DNA of 64,000 nucleotides from an uncultured Actinomycetes bacterium (GTDB lineage: Bacteria; Actinomycetota; UBA4738; HRBIN12). Positions 35,686 to 45,011 of the stretch are shown piece by piece. A model generated the notes under the pieces. It was given only the letters and a program-made list of their open reading frames with translations, was not told the origin of the DNA and did no database searches. The stretch spans positions 330,405 to 394,404 of the forward strand of contig CAVPUQ010000001.1 of assembly GCA_963708985.1 (NCBI GenBank), written 5' to 3'. The translations under genes and the position numbers were made by a program. Every line of letters starts with the position of its first letter. Position 1 is the stretch's first letter.

Positions 35686-37071
35686 ATGCGTCGCTCGAGG
35701 ATCGTCGCCGTCGTCGGAGTGAGCATGGTCACAGCGGTCTCGCTGATGGTGGCGGGCGGTGTCGCGTCCGGAGCGGTCGCGCCGACGCCGTTCGTCACGA
35801 GCGAACGGCCGTTCCTCGTGGCGCTCGAGGACGGCGTCATCATCCAGCCGGTGCTCACGACCGGCGACGTCATCGGCGAGGGCACCGGGGCGTACCAGAT
35901 GTCCGGCGTGCCCGACGGGATCGGCTGGTACGCGTCGGCCGACGGCGTCGTCGAGGTGTTCTTCAACCACGAGCTGCACCCCGACTGGGACCCGTCCGGC
36001 GCTCGGGTCTCGCACGTGACGCTCGACACGAGCGGCGCGGTGACGGCGGCCGAGTACGTCGTCCACGGGACCGAGGGCTACGAGTGGTTCTGCTCGAGCA
36101 CGCTCGAGATCATCGACGGCGTCCCCTGGTATCTCACCGGCGAGGAGTCCAAGCACAGTCCGCGGCTCGGTACGACGATCGCGATCGACGCGAGCACCGG
36201 CACGGTCCACGAGACGCCGTGGTTCGGCCACTTCGGTCACGAGAACGTCGTGCCGGTCCAGGGGCTCTCGAGGGCGTTCCTCGGGCTGTCCGAGGACGGC
36301 TTCCGCGAGTACTCGCAGTTCTTCGCCTACATCGCCGGCAGCTTCAACGGGGCGATCGCCGGGACCGAGGGCTCGCTGCGTGTCTGGGTGCCGAGCAAGC
36401 GCGTGGCCGACGGGAACCCATCGGGGAACGACCTGGCCAAGGGCGAGACGATGCGCGGGCACTTCGAGCGCATCCCGCACGCCGAGGACCTGCTCCCGCT
36501 CCAGCTCGAGAAGCTGGTCCAGTCGATGGGAGCGTTCGACTTCAACCGCATCGAGGACCTGATCGACGACCCGAACGACCCGGGAACGATCTACTTCGCC
36601 GAGACCGGTCGGGCGAACCAGGAGGTCACGCACGGCCGCATCTACCGTCTCGAGGTCGACCGCTCGGACCCGAAGAAGGCCACCCTGTCGGTGGTGCTCG
36701 ACGCGGCGGCGGGCGACGACATCTTCAACCCCGACAACCTGGGGATCTCGGACTCCGCACTCGTGATCCAGGAGGACCGTAACTGGAAGATGTCCGGGTT
36801 CAACCGGATCCTCGTGTACGACCTGGCGAGCGGCACCCTGACGCCGGTCGCGAGGACCGACCCCGACCAGGCGATCGTCGATGAACGCGGGCCGGGTGCC
36901 TGGGAGTCGAGCGGCGTCGTAGACGTGAGCGACGTGTTCGGGCCAGGCTGGTGGCTCCTGAACGTCCAGGCGCACTACACGGAGATGAGCGTGCCGGACC
37001 AGAGCCTCGAGCCCGACTCGGCGACAGGCGAGGGCGGCCAGCTCACCCTGCTGTTCATCCCGGGGACGTAG
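35686..37071 (+). CDS. secreted beta-propeller-like protein (tentatively DUF839/PhoX-like)
   Basis: Signal peptide MRRSRIVAVVGVSMVTAVSLMVAGGVASGA. 461-aa clean ORF. Motifs FNRIEDLIDDPNDPGTIYFAETG and PDNLGISDSALVIQED resemble PhoX-type proteins; the family call is tentative. Confidence 0.7.
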   Translation: MRRSRIVAVVGVSMVTAVSLMVAGGVASGAVAPTPFVTSERPFLVALEDGVIIQPVLTTGDVIGEGTGAYQMSGVPDGIGWYASADGVVEVFFNHELHPDWDPSGARVSHVTLDTSGAVTAAEYVVHGTEGYEWFCSSTLEIIDGVPWYLTGEESKHSPRLGTTIAIDASTGTVHETPWFGHFGHENVVPVQGLSRAFLGLSEDGFREYSQFFAYIAGSFNGAIAGTEGSLRVWVPSKRVADGNPSGNDLAKGETMRGHFERIPHAEDLLPLQLEKLVQSMGAFDFNRIEDLIDDPNDPGTIYFAETGRANQEVTHGRIYRLEVDRSDPKKATLSVVLDAAAGDDIFNPDNLGISDSALVIQEDRNWKMSGFNRILVYDLASGTLTPVARTDPDQAIVDERGPGAWESSGVVDVSDVFGPGWWLLNVQAHYTEMSVPDQSLEPDSATGEGGQLTLLFIPGT

Positions 37072-37101
37072 CGTCCGGGCCGAGGTCGAGACCCCCCGGC
37101 G

Positions 37102-37548
37102 TCAGGAGGCGCGAGGTCGCTCGAGCGCGTCGTGGCCGGCGAGCAGCATCCCGAGGTACGAGAGCAGGATGCGCGCCGCCGCCGGGTTGGTGGCGACGGG
37201 AACGCCGTAGATGTCGCACACCTTCAGCAGGGCCTGGATGTCTGGCTCGTGCGGGTGCGCCGTCAGCGGGTCGCGCAGGAACACGACCGCATCGACCTCG
37301 CCGTGGGCGATCCTCGCGGCGATCTGGAGGTCGCCGCCGCGGGGGCCGCTCGCGGTGCGCTCGACGTCCAGGCCGAGCTCGTCGGCCAGGCGCTGCCCGG
37401 TGGTCCCGGTCGCGAGGAGCCGCAGCCGCCCGAGCAGGGAGCGGTGCTCGCGAGCGACGTCCATCATGTCGGCCTTCTTCCCATCGTGCGCGATCAGCGC
37501 GACGACGAAGTCGCTGCGGCGGGGTGCGATGTGCGGGATCTCAGCCAT
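37102..37548 (-). CDS. mgsA: methylglyoxal synthase
   Basis: The last 148 aa of ORF 37102..38064: ..VALIAHDGKKADM...LLATGTTGQRL...GPRGGDLQIAA...VVFLRDPLTAHPHEPDIQALLKVCDIYGVPVATN... Confidence 0.9.
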   Translation of the reverse strand: MAEIPHIAPRRSDFVVALIAHDGKKADMMDVAREHRSLLGRLRLLATGTTGQRLADELGLDVERTASGPRGGDLQIAARIAHGEVDAVVFLRDPLTAHPHEPDIQALLKVCDIYGVPVATNPAAARILLSYLGMLLAGHDALERPRAS

Positions 37549-37616
37549 CGCTTCGACGCTAGCAGCGGATCCAGGGAGTGAGGGCGCTCGGATGTGAACA
37601 TCCCGTAACGCTTCAG

Positions 37617-38669
37617 CTAGCGCTTGGAAAGGAGCTGCGCGGCGAGGGCCGGGGTGCGCCGCAGGAGCCGCGCGCGCCCCTCGTTGCAGACCACCATCGC
37701 GGTGCGCTCCCGTGCCCCGTCGATGATCGCCGTCGCCACCCAGTGCGTGTTCGAGCCCTGCTGGCCGAACGACGCGTCGGGGAGGCCTCGGATCGGGGCC
37801 CACCCGAGCGCGTGACGCTGCCCCCGACCGGCGGCGGGCGTGAGGAGCCGCTCGATGGTCTCGGGGTGGAGGAAGCCGTCGCCCTCGGTGAGGAACACGC
37901 GCTGGAACCTGGCCCAGTCCTCGAGGGTGAGGTGGAGCCGGCCCGCGGGGGTCATGATCGCAGGGTTGTCCGAGCGGACCGGCGCGGGATCGGCGGGCCG
38001 GCCGCGGCCGAGGTCCACGAGCCCGAGCGGGCCGAGCGCCAGCATCCGACCGCCGTGACCCCACAGGTCAGGCGGAGGTCCGAAGCCCCCGGAGGCGATC
38101 CCCAGAGGCTCGAGCACGTGGGCGGCGAGCGCGATCTCGAAGGCGAGGCCGGTGATCCGCTCGATCGCCGCGCCGATCACGATGTACCCGAGGTTCGAGT
38201 AGAGGAAACGGCCCGGCCGGCTCGGAGGTCGCGCGAGCGCGGTGGCGGCCGTCTCCGTGCGCAGCTCGGGAAGCGGTCGCGCGTCCCGCCACGCAGCGAG
38301 CATCTCGGTCTTCGTGAGGTTCGCGCGGAACCCGGCCCGGGAGACGAAGACCTCGTCGATCGTCATGCGGCTCCAGCCGGGGTCGACGTCGAGATCGGGG
38401 AAGAGCTCCGGCAGCCGAGCGCCCCACTCGGCGTCTCCCCGTTCCACGAGGCGCGCGTACAGCGCTGCGGTGATCGACTTGCCGCACGAGCCGATGTGCC
38501 ATCGATCGTCGAGGGTGACCGGGTCGCCGCCGCCGCGGACCCGCTCGCCGACCACGTCCACATCGAGGCCGTCGCGGGTCACGACGCCCGCGCCGATCGC
38601 CGGGACGTCGTAGCGTCGCCGGAACTCCTCCAAGTGGGCCCGGAGCCGGGTCGTCGGTGCGCTCGTCAC
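37617..38669 (-). CDS. serine hydrolase (beta-lactamase/PBP4-like family)
   Basis: From V105 of ORF 37617..38981. SxxK motif (IGSCGKSIT) and YSNLGY. The GTG overlaps the upstream stop (GTGA). Confidence 0.85.
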   Translation of the reverse strand: MTSAPTTRLRAHLEEFRRRYDVPAIGAGVVTRDGLDVDVVGERVRGGGDPVTLDDRWHIGSCGKSITAALYARLVERGDAEWGARLPELFPDLDVDPGWSRMTIDEVFVSRAGFRANLTKTEMLAAWRDARPLPELRTETAATALARPPSRPGRFLYSNLGYIVIGAAIERITGLAFEIALAAHVLEPLGIASGGFGPPPDLWGHGGRMLALGPLGLVDLGRGRPADPAPVRSDNPAIMTPAGRLHLTLEDWARFQRVFLTEGDGFLHPETIERLLTPAAGRGQRHALGWAPIRGLPDASFGQQGSNTHWVATAIIDGARERTAMVVCNEGRARLLRRTPALAAQLLSKR

Positions 38670-39205
38670 GACGGCTCCTCGTCCGACGCGGGGCCGGCGA
38701 GGTCCGTGGCCGCCGAGAGCACGGCCAGGAGCGGCACGGCGTGCTGGCGGCGGATCGCGTAGGTGCCCCGCACGGGCTGATGGATCAGCCTGGCGACGAG
38801 CAGCTCCTTCAGGTGGTGGAAGAGCTGTCCAGAGGACGGCTGGTCGAGCCGTTCCGCGAGGTCCCCGGTCGTGACCGGTCCTCGGAGCACCTCCGCCACG
38901 ATGCGGATGCGGGTCGCGTTGGCGAGCGCGGACAACACGCGGGCGATGCCCTCGGCCGGGGCGGAGCCGACGTCGTCCCACTCCCGAGCCATCTGCCAGG
39001 CGACGATGCCGTCCTCCCAGGGACCCGCGCCCGCGTACACGACGGTCGCGCTCCCGGGCTCGCCTGCCCCTTCGCCTTCGAGGCCCTCGAGCAGCTGCTG
39101 CACGAGGGCCGCATCTCCGTGGGTTCCGGTCAGTCTGGAGCCCTCGAGCCGGGCAACGCGCTCGGCGAGCTCCTCGACCAACACGGTCAGCTCGCGCGCA
39201 TCCAT
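38666..39205 (-). CDS. ArsR-type winged-helix transcriptional regulator with an N-terminal extension
   Basis: The C-terminal half ..VLSALANATRIRIVAEVLRGPVTTGDLAERLDQPSSGQLFHHLKELLVARLI.. is an ArsR-like HTH. The upstream sequence TAGTAT-7 nt-ATG suggests a leaderless start. Confidence 0.75.
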   Translation of the reverse strand: MDARELTVLVEELAERVARLEGSRLTGTHGDAALVQQLLEGLEGEGAGEPGSATVVYAGAGPWEDGIVAWQMAREWDDVGSAPAEGIARVLSALANATRIRIVAEVLRGPVTTGDLAERLDQPSSGQLFHHLKELLVARLIHQPVRGTYAIRRQHAVPLLAVLSAATDLAGPASDEEPS

Positions 39206-39310
39206 GGCTCTGATACTACAGAACTCTGGAATACCTGACTATGGTGATGCGAGGCTCGTCGGCCTGGCCTACGCCGTGCATCGGGGAACGGCCGAGGCGG
39301 GAGCTAGCCG

Positions 39311-40660
39311 CTAGGGGCACCACGCCTCGTAGCCGGCCGCGCAGACCTCGAGGATGCCGCCGACGAAGACCACGGCGACGTCGATGCGCTCGAGCTCTGC
39401 CCGCGGGACGTCGCGCGGGTCCTCGGAAAGCACGACGATGTCCGCGAGCATCCCGGCCCGCAGCATGCCGAGCTCGTCCTCCGCGAACACGCCGTAGGCG
39501 CCACGGACCGTGAGCGCCTCGAGGGCCTGCATCACGGTGAGGCGCTGCTCGCGCATGTAGGCGGTCGGCCCGGTTCCCGGCCGGCCGATCCGCGTCGTCG
39601 CCTGGACGAGCGCATCCATCACGGATGTCGGCTCGAGGTCGCTCCCGCCGTACGGTGAGTCGGTGCTCCCGATCGCATGGAGCCTCGGATCTTCCATCAG
39701 GTCCCGCCAGCGACCGAGCAGGTCGAACCGCTCACGCCCGAAGGTCCGGCGCAGGTCCTGCTTCCACTCCGAGTCCACGAAGGTGAGCTGGAACGAGGGG
39801 AGGACGCCCATCCGGCGCATGCGCTTCAACTGGTCGTCCCGGAGCGCGATCACGTGCTCGATCCGCGCTCGGGCGCCCGCGCCGCCGCCCGGGCCGAACG
39901 CGCGCTCGAGCGCGCGGAGCATCTCGTCGGTCGCCGCGTCGCCGCACGCGTGGGCCGCGATCTGCCAGCCGGCGTCGTGCACACGGCGGACGAGTCGCTG
40001 CAGCTCGCGCCGCCCCCAGAAGAGCGCGCCGAGGTTCGATGGGTCGTCGGCGTGCGGTTCGCTGAGGTACATCGTGTCGGGGCCGCAGCCGTCGATGAAG
40101 AACTTCACGCCCGCGAGGCGCAGCCGAGGGCCGACGACCTCACCGGGCGAGTGGTCCTTGAACCACATGCCGAAGCGTTGGTCGGCCCCGTAGTTGACCG
40201 GCAGGTACGCGTTCACGCGCACGCGGAGCGTGCCAGCCGCATCCAGCGCGGTGAGCTCGTCCAGGCGGTCCTGATTCACGAAGTGCTCGTTCAGGCTCGT
40301 CCAGCCGCCCTCGAGCGCCATCTGGATGGCCTCCTCGGCGCTCGTGACCCCGTAGAGATCCCGGTCGCCGATCCAATGGGCATGGGAGTCGATGAACCCC
40401 GGCGTCACCGTCATCCCGGCGAGGTCGATCACCGTCGTGTCGGTGCCGGCGAGCCCGAGCAGCTCCTCGTCGCTCCCCACGGTCAGGATCCGCTCGCCCG
40501 AGATCGCGATCGCGGTCGCCGAGGGGGCATCGGGGTCCATCGTGATCACGACAGCGTTATAAAGGATGAGGTCCGGCCCGTCGGCGGCAGCGTTCGGCGT
40601 ACCCGCCAGCGTGACCGCCGAGACGAGGAGCGTCGTCAGACAGGCGGAGACTCTGCGCAC
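39311..40660 (-). CDS. amidohydrolase family protein (amidohydro_3 type), secreted
   Basis: Signal peptide, then PGFIDSHAHW (metal-binding HxH). 449-aa clean ORF. Confidence 0.85.
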   Translation of the reverse strand: MRRVSACLTTLLVSAVTLAGTPNAAADGPDLILYNAVVITMDPDAPSATAIAISGERILTVGSDEELLGLAGTDTTVIDLAGMTVTPGFIDSHAHWIGDRDLYGVTSAEEAIQMALEGGWTSLNEHFVNQDRLDELTALDAAGTLRVRVNAYLPVNYGADQRFGMWFKDHSPGEVVGPRLRLAGVKFFIDGCGPDTMYLSEPHADDPSNLGALFWGRRELQRLVRRVHDAGWQIAAHACGDAATDEMLRALERAFGPGGGAGARARIEHVIALRDDQLKRMRRMGVLPSFQLTFVDSEWKQDLRRTFGRERFDLLGRWRDLMEDPRLHAIGSTDSPYGGSDLEPTSVMDALVQATTRIGRPGTGPTAYMREQRLTVMQALEALTVRGAYGVFAEDELGMLRAGMLADIVVLSEDPRDVPRAELERIDVAVVFVGGILEVCAAGYEAWCP

Positions 40661-40749
40661 TGGACCCCCTGGAGGAGATGAGCGGTCGGACCATCATGCC
40701 TCACACCAAGGGCCCGGTCGATGGTCACGGTGAGGGTGGGGGACCGACG

Positions 40750-40779
40750 TTGCGCGAACCTCCCGTCTCGGGATAGCGT
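40750..40779 (+). promoter_or_regulatory. candidate promoter TTGCGC-18-TAGCGT
   Basis: Read directly, 31 nt upstream of ATG 40811. It shares the extended GGGATAGCGTC with the 35.6 kb promoter candidate. Confidence 0.35.
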
Positions 40780-40810
40780 CGCGCTTCCACCGATCCCAGG
40801 GGAGGGTCCG

Positions 40811-41251
40811 ATGAGCGATGTCGCACGCAACGTTCGGCTGGTCGAGCGGCTCGAGCGTGCCTACAACGAGCGCGACTACGACACGGTACGCGCGTGCATC
40901 GCGGCCGACTTCGTCGCCAATACGCCGGGTTCGGACCACATCCCCCCCGGGGTCGAAGGGGCCATCACCGCGAACGAGGGCTCGTTCGAGATGTTCTCCG
41001 ACTACCACACGGAGATCCTCGAGATCTTCGGTGAGGGCGACCGGGTCGTCTCGCACGTCCGGATGACGGGCACGAACGACGGAGACATGCCGGGCGGGGG
41101 CATCCCCGCGACGGGGAGGTCCGTCGACTTCGACTGGATCCAGATCTCACGTCACGCGGACGATGGGACGATCGTCGAGACCTGGGCGCAGATGGATATC
41201 CCGAAGATGATGACGCAGCTCGGGGCCATGCCGGCCCCCGAAGGGATGTGA
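40811..41251 (+). CDS. ester cyclase (SnoaL-like)
   Basis: From M31 of ORF 40721..41251: ..VERLERAYNERDYDTVRACIAADFVANTPG...GTNDGDMPGGGIPATGRSVDFDWIQISRHADDGTIVETW... Confidence 0.85.
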   Translation: MSDVARNVRLVERLERAYNERDYDTVRACIAADFVANTPGSDHIPPGVEGAITANEGSFEMFSDYHTEILEIFGEGDRVVSHVRMTGTNDGDMPGGGIPATGRSVDFDWIQISRHADDGTIVETWAQMDIPKMMTQLGAMPAPEGM

Positions 41252-41254
41252 GCG

Positions 41255-41692
41255 ATGGCCACGCCGGAAGAGAACGCCGCCACCGTCCGCGAGTTGATCC
41301 AACGGGTCTTGAACGAAGGCGACATCGCGTTCGCCGAGGAGGTGCTGTCGGAGGACTACGTCGAGCGCAACCCCATGCCCGGCGGGACGGCCGACAAGGC
41401 GGGCGCGATCGCGATGTTCACGATGATGCGACAGCAGACCCCCGACATGCACATCGAGGTCGAAGACGTCATCGCCTCCGGCGACAAGGTGGCGGTCCGC
41501 AGCACCATGACCGGCACCGACACCCAGGGCTTCATGCCGGGGATGCCCCCGACCGGGAAGCCGTTCGCGATGGGGGCGATCGACGTCTTCACGTTCGACG
41601 AGGGCGGGAAGAACTCCGAGCACCACGGCGTCTACGACATGATGGGGACGATGGGGCAGCTCGGCCTGCTGACCTCACCGGACCAGGGCTGA
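41255..41692 (+). CDS. ester cyclase (SnoaL-like), paralogue
   Basis: MATPEENAATVRELIQRVLNEGDIAFAEEVLSEDYVERNP...GTDTQGFMPGMPPTGKPFAMGAIDVFTFDEGGKNSEHHG... Confidence 0.9.
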   Translation: MATPEENAATVRELIQRVLNEGDIAFAEEVLSEDYVERNPMPGGTADKAGAIAMFTMMRQQTPDMHIEVEDVIASGDKVAVRSTMTGTDTQGFMPGMPPTGKPFAMGAIDVFTFDEGGKNSEHHGVYDMMGTMGQLGLLTSPDQG

Positions 41693-42318
41693 AGCCGACG
41701 GGAGTATCCACAGGTCCGGCGGTCCCGGAGTCCGAACGGAACCCGGCCGAGGTCGGCATCGACCTGTACTGGCTCCCGCTGGGGGCGGGCGGTCACTTCG
41801 TTCGGCTGAACGGGCGCATCTACGAGGCCATCCAGGCGTACCGGGAGCGGCGACGGCCGCTCGACCTCTACCACTCCGCGCTCGAGGTGCGCGTGCCGGA
41901 GGGGCGCTTCGTCATCGAGACCGCGTGGCCGATCCCCGACGCCGAGCCCGCATCGCGCGGGGTGGTCGTGGAAGGTCCGGTCGGCAGCCGACGGGTCGAG
42001 CGGCTCCGCGTGCTCCGATACGAGGTGCGCCGATGGCGGGACGGGGTCATCCCCGACATCCTCGAAGCGGTGGCGAGCCCGCAGCGACTGAGCGACGAGG
42101 TGGACCGGGCCTATCGCGTGCTGGACCTCGCCCCTTCGGTGCCTTCGCTCGTCTGGGGCCGAGACGAGCTCGGAGCGGGCGAGATGTGGAACTCGAACTC
42201 GGTGGTCTCCTGGCTCCTGGCTCGCAGCGGCCTCCCGACGGAAGGGATCCGGCCACCGGCCGGCGGGCGAGCGCCCGGCTGGGAGGCCGGCCTCGTCGCG
42301 GCCCGACGCGGTCACTAG
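41689..42318 (+). CDS. conserved actinobacterial hypothetical protein; no canonical start codon in frame
   Basis: The conserved body starts at IDLYWLPLGAGGHFVRLNG (41758). There is no ATG, GTG or TTG between the upstream stop and this point. The only candidate is CTG 41689, overlapping the upstream TGA (CTGA). Motifs LYHSALEV and MWNSNSVVSWLL are discussed in the findings. Confidence 0.6.
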   Translation: MKPTGVSTGPAVPESERNPAEVGIDLYWLPLGAGGHFVRLNGRIYEAIQAYRERRRPLDLYHSALEVRVPEGRFVIETAWPIPDAEPASRGVVVEGPVGSRRVERLRVLRYEVRRWRDGVIPDILEAVASPQRLSDEVDRAYRVLDLAPSVPSLVWGRDELGAGEMWNSNSVVSWLLARSGLPTEGIRPPAGGRAPGWEAGLVAARRGH

Positions 42319-42385
42319 GAAACGTCGGCGGACCGGCGTCGGGCTCAGCCCTGGATGCCGAGGTGGCCGGTGGTCTCCGGCCGAC

Positions 42386-42529
42386 TCACCATTCGACGTT
42401 CACGGGGTAGCTGCCCAACACGCGATCGCGGCTCACGAGGGTGACATGGACCAGGTCCTGGACTGAGTCAATGGCGCTCAGGCACGCCCAGCCGGGGTGT
42501 GTCGGATACCCTTGGGTATGGAGTGGCAT
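42386..42529 (-). pseudogene. possible remnant of a PIN-domain (VapC-like) toxin C-terminus
   Basis: A 47-codon minus ORF ending ..LSAIDSVQDLVHVTLVSRDRVLGSYPVNVEW* resembles the C-terminal ..LVTRDrdFarypgvrVedW end of VapC toxins. There is no N-terminal PIN sequence, and it overlaps the repeated motif upstream of fic. Confidence 0.25.
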
Positions 42530-42577
42530 ACCCAAGATTCATGCCCTAACCTTGCATATGGTTCGCCGTACCCAAGG
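42506..42577. promoter_or_regulatory. repeated (A/G)TACCCAAGG motif: one palindrome ATACCCTTGGGTAT plus two further half-sites upstream of fic
   Basis: Read directly: ATACCCTTGGGTAT (42506..42519), ATACCCAAG (42528..42536) and GTACCCAAGG (42568..42577). The last overlaps the SD AAGGAG, 7 nt before TTG 42587. The region is visibly less GC-rich than its surroundings. Confidence 0.45.
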
Positions 42578-42586
42578 AGCGTTCTG

Positions 42587-43777
42587 TTGGCCGAGCTGGT
42601 TGAGCTGACGTGGGAGGCCACCGGGCATCACGAGATGGTCTCGAGCAGGGACCGAGGCCCGTTCACGTACTCGGCGTTCGTTCCCGACCCGATCGGGGAT
42701 CTCCAACCATCGCTATCGGCCGGCGGCGCGGCTGCCATCGAGCGGGCCGTGGGCGCGTGCACCCGTCTGGACACATCGCCGGGCATCCACGACCTGGAGC
42801 CGGTGGCACGCCTGCTCCTGCGGGCGGAGAGCGTCGCGAGCAGCAGGATCGAGGGACTCCGGCTGTCGCACCGGAGGATCGAGGAAGCTCGGTTCGCGCC
42901 CGAGGGCGCTCGGGGAACCGCGCTCTCGATCGTGCGCAACATCGACGCGATGGCTCGGGCCATCGAGCTCGGGATGAGACCCGACGCCCTCGCGGTCGCC
43001 GACCTCCTGTCGATCCACGCCGCGCTCATGCACACGCCCGAAGACCGCGACATCGCCGGGCGGATCCGGGACCGCCAGAACTGGATCGGGGGTGGTAACA
43101 CGCCGCGGAGGGCCGAGTTCGTCCCGCCCCCACCAGACCGTGTTCCGGCGCTCCTAGAGGACCTGATGCGCTTCTGCAACCGCGACGATCTGTCCGCGGT
43201 GGTCCAAGCGGCGATCGCCCACGCGCAGTTCGAGACCATCCATCCGTTCGAGGACGGAAACGGAAGGACGGGTCGGTGTCTGATCCACCTCATCCTTCGC
43301 CGGCGCGCGGTGTCCCAACGCGTCGTTCCTCCCGTGAGCGTCGTCCTCGCCGCCGATGCCCGCCGCTATGTCGTCGGGCTCACCTCCTATCGGGCCGGCG
43401 ACGTCGAGGCGTGGTGCGGCGACTTCGCCGACGCGTTAACGGTGGCCGGCGAACGAGCGGTGGATCTGGGCCGAGAGATGACCGAGCTCCGTGCGTCGTG
43501 GCTCGAGCGGGCAGGTCGTCCCAACCGAGGGTCGACCGCCCGCCGCATCCTCGATGGGCTGCCCGGCCATCCGATCGTCTCGGTGGAGTCGGCGGCTAGG
43601 CTCCTGGGCGTCTCCGACGAGGCGGCGAGGGCCGCCCTCAACCGGCTCGAGCGCGCGGACGTGCTCCGCCTCCTCACCGTCGGCCGCCGGAACCGCGCGT
43701 GGGCCTCGATGGATGTGTTCGAGCTGCTCGACGAGTTCGACGCGACGATCGGCGCGCGTGGTCGCCCGCCGGGGTGA
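42587..43777 (+). CDS. Fic family protein (AMPylase-type), class II with an N-terminal inhibitory motif
   Basis: Fic motif HPFEDGNGRTGR (43241..43276). Inhibitory (S/T)xxxE(G/N) = SSRIEG (42839..42856). A C-terminal wHTH-like region. The start is chosen at TTG 42587 (AAGGAG 7 nt upstream); the track ORF begins at GTG 42497. Confidence 0.85.
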   Translation: MAELVELTWEATGHHEMVSSRDRGPFTYSAFVPDPIGDLQPSLSAGGAAAIERAVGACTRLDTSPGIHDLEPVARLLLRAESVASSRIEGLRLSHRRIEEARFAPEGARGTALSIVRNIDAMARAIELGMRPDALAVADLLSIHAALMHTPEDRDIAGRIRDRQNWIGGGNTPRRAEFVPPPPDRVPALLEDLMRFCNRDDLSAVVQAAIAHAQFETIHPFEDGNGRTGRCLIHLILRRRAVSQRVVPPVSVVLAADARRYVVGLTSYRAGDVEAWCGDFADALTVAGERAVDLGREMTELRASWLERAGRPNRGSTARRILDGLPGHPIVSVESAARLLGVSDEAARAALNRLERADVLRLLTVGRRNRAWASMDVFELLDEFDATIGARGRPPG

Positions 43778-43790
43778 GGATCCGGGGCTC

Positions 43791-45011
43791 TCAGGCGCGG
43801 ACGCGGAGCTCGGCGAGGCCGCGGATCACGTAGCCGGGCTTCCAGACGGGCTCGCGCGACGAGCTCGAGGTTCGGCAGGCGCTCGAGGACCGTGCCGAAC
43901 GAGACGATGAGCTCCTGGCGGCCGAGCGGCGCGCCCAGGCAGAAGTGGATCCCCGCGCCGAACGTGAGGTGCGGGTTCGGCTCGCGCGCCAGGTCGAGCT
44001 CGTCCGGGCGGTCGAACGCCTCGGGGTCGCGGTTCGCCGAGCCGAACAGCAGGCCGAGCTCGGCGCCGCGCGGGATCTTCACGCCGTGCAGCTCGACGTC
44101 CTCGAGCACCCACCGCTCGAACATCTGCGCCGGCGTGTCGAACCGCAGGAGCTCGTCGACGGCGGTCGGGAGCAGCGAGCGGTCCTCGCGCAGGCGCTCG
44201 AGCGCGCCCGGGGTGCGGAACAGCGTCCACCAGCCGATGCCCGTCGCGTTCACGGTGGCCTCGTGGCCGGCGTTCAGCAGCAGGACGCACGTGCCGACGA
44301 GCTCGTCCTCGCTCAGGCGCTCGCCCTCGTCGAGCACGAGCGCGAGCTGCGAGATGAGGTCCTCGCCCGGGATCGCGCCGCGTCGCTCGCGCGCGAGCGC
44401 CGCGCAGGTACTCGGAGAACTCGGTGCTCGCGCGGACCGAGTCCTGTTGCGCCTCGAGCGAGCGGGTTCAGCTCGTACATCTTGCAGATGTCGGCCGACC
44501 ACGGCCGGAGCAGGTGGCGGTCCGACTCGGGCACGCCGAGCATCTCGGCGATCACGGTCACCGGCAGCGGCTCGGCGACCTCGGCGAGCAGGTCGAACTC
44601 GCCCGCCCCTACGACCCGGTCCACGAGCCCGTCCGTGATCGCCTGCACCCGCGGCCGCAGCCCCTCGACGTACTTCGGCGTGAACGCCTTCGACACCAGC
44701 CGCCGCACCCGCGTGTGATCCGGCGGCTCCATGTCCAAGATCCCCGCGTTGATGAGGTTCCAGAACGGGTCGTGCCACCCCGGCGGATCCGGATGCCCCA
44801 TCTCGGCGTGCGTGGCCTGGTGCAGGTAGGTCCGCCCGAACCGCCGATCCCGCAGCAGCGCGTTCACGTCCTCGTACCGCGCGATCAGGTAGTGGTCGGT
44901 CGCCTCGTCGTACAGCACCGGCGCGTGCTCTCGGAGGTGCGCGTAGACCGGGTAGGGGTCGGCGATGAACCCCAGGTCGTCGGGTGCGAACCGCAGGGTG
45001 GTGTCCGCCAT
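43791..45011 (-). pseudogene. cytochrome P450; about 3 frame breaks as assembled
   Basis: The N-terminal 2/5 is in ORF 44313..45065 from M19 (MADTTLRFAPDD...PPDHTRVRRLVSKAFTP...). The I-helix to haem loop is in ORF 43387..44778 (LLLNAGHEATVN...FGAGIHFCLGAPLGRQE). The last 25 aa (..SSREPVWKPGYVIRGLAELRVRA*) are in a third frame. Confidence 0.85.
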
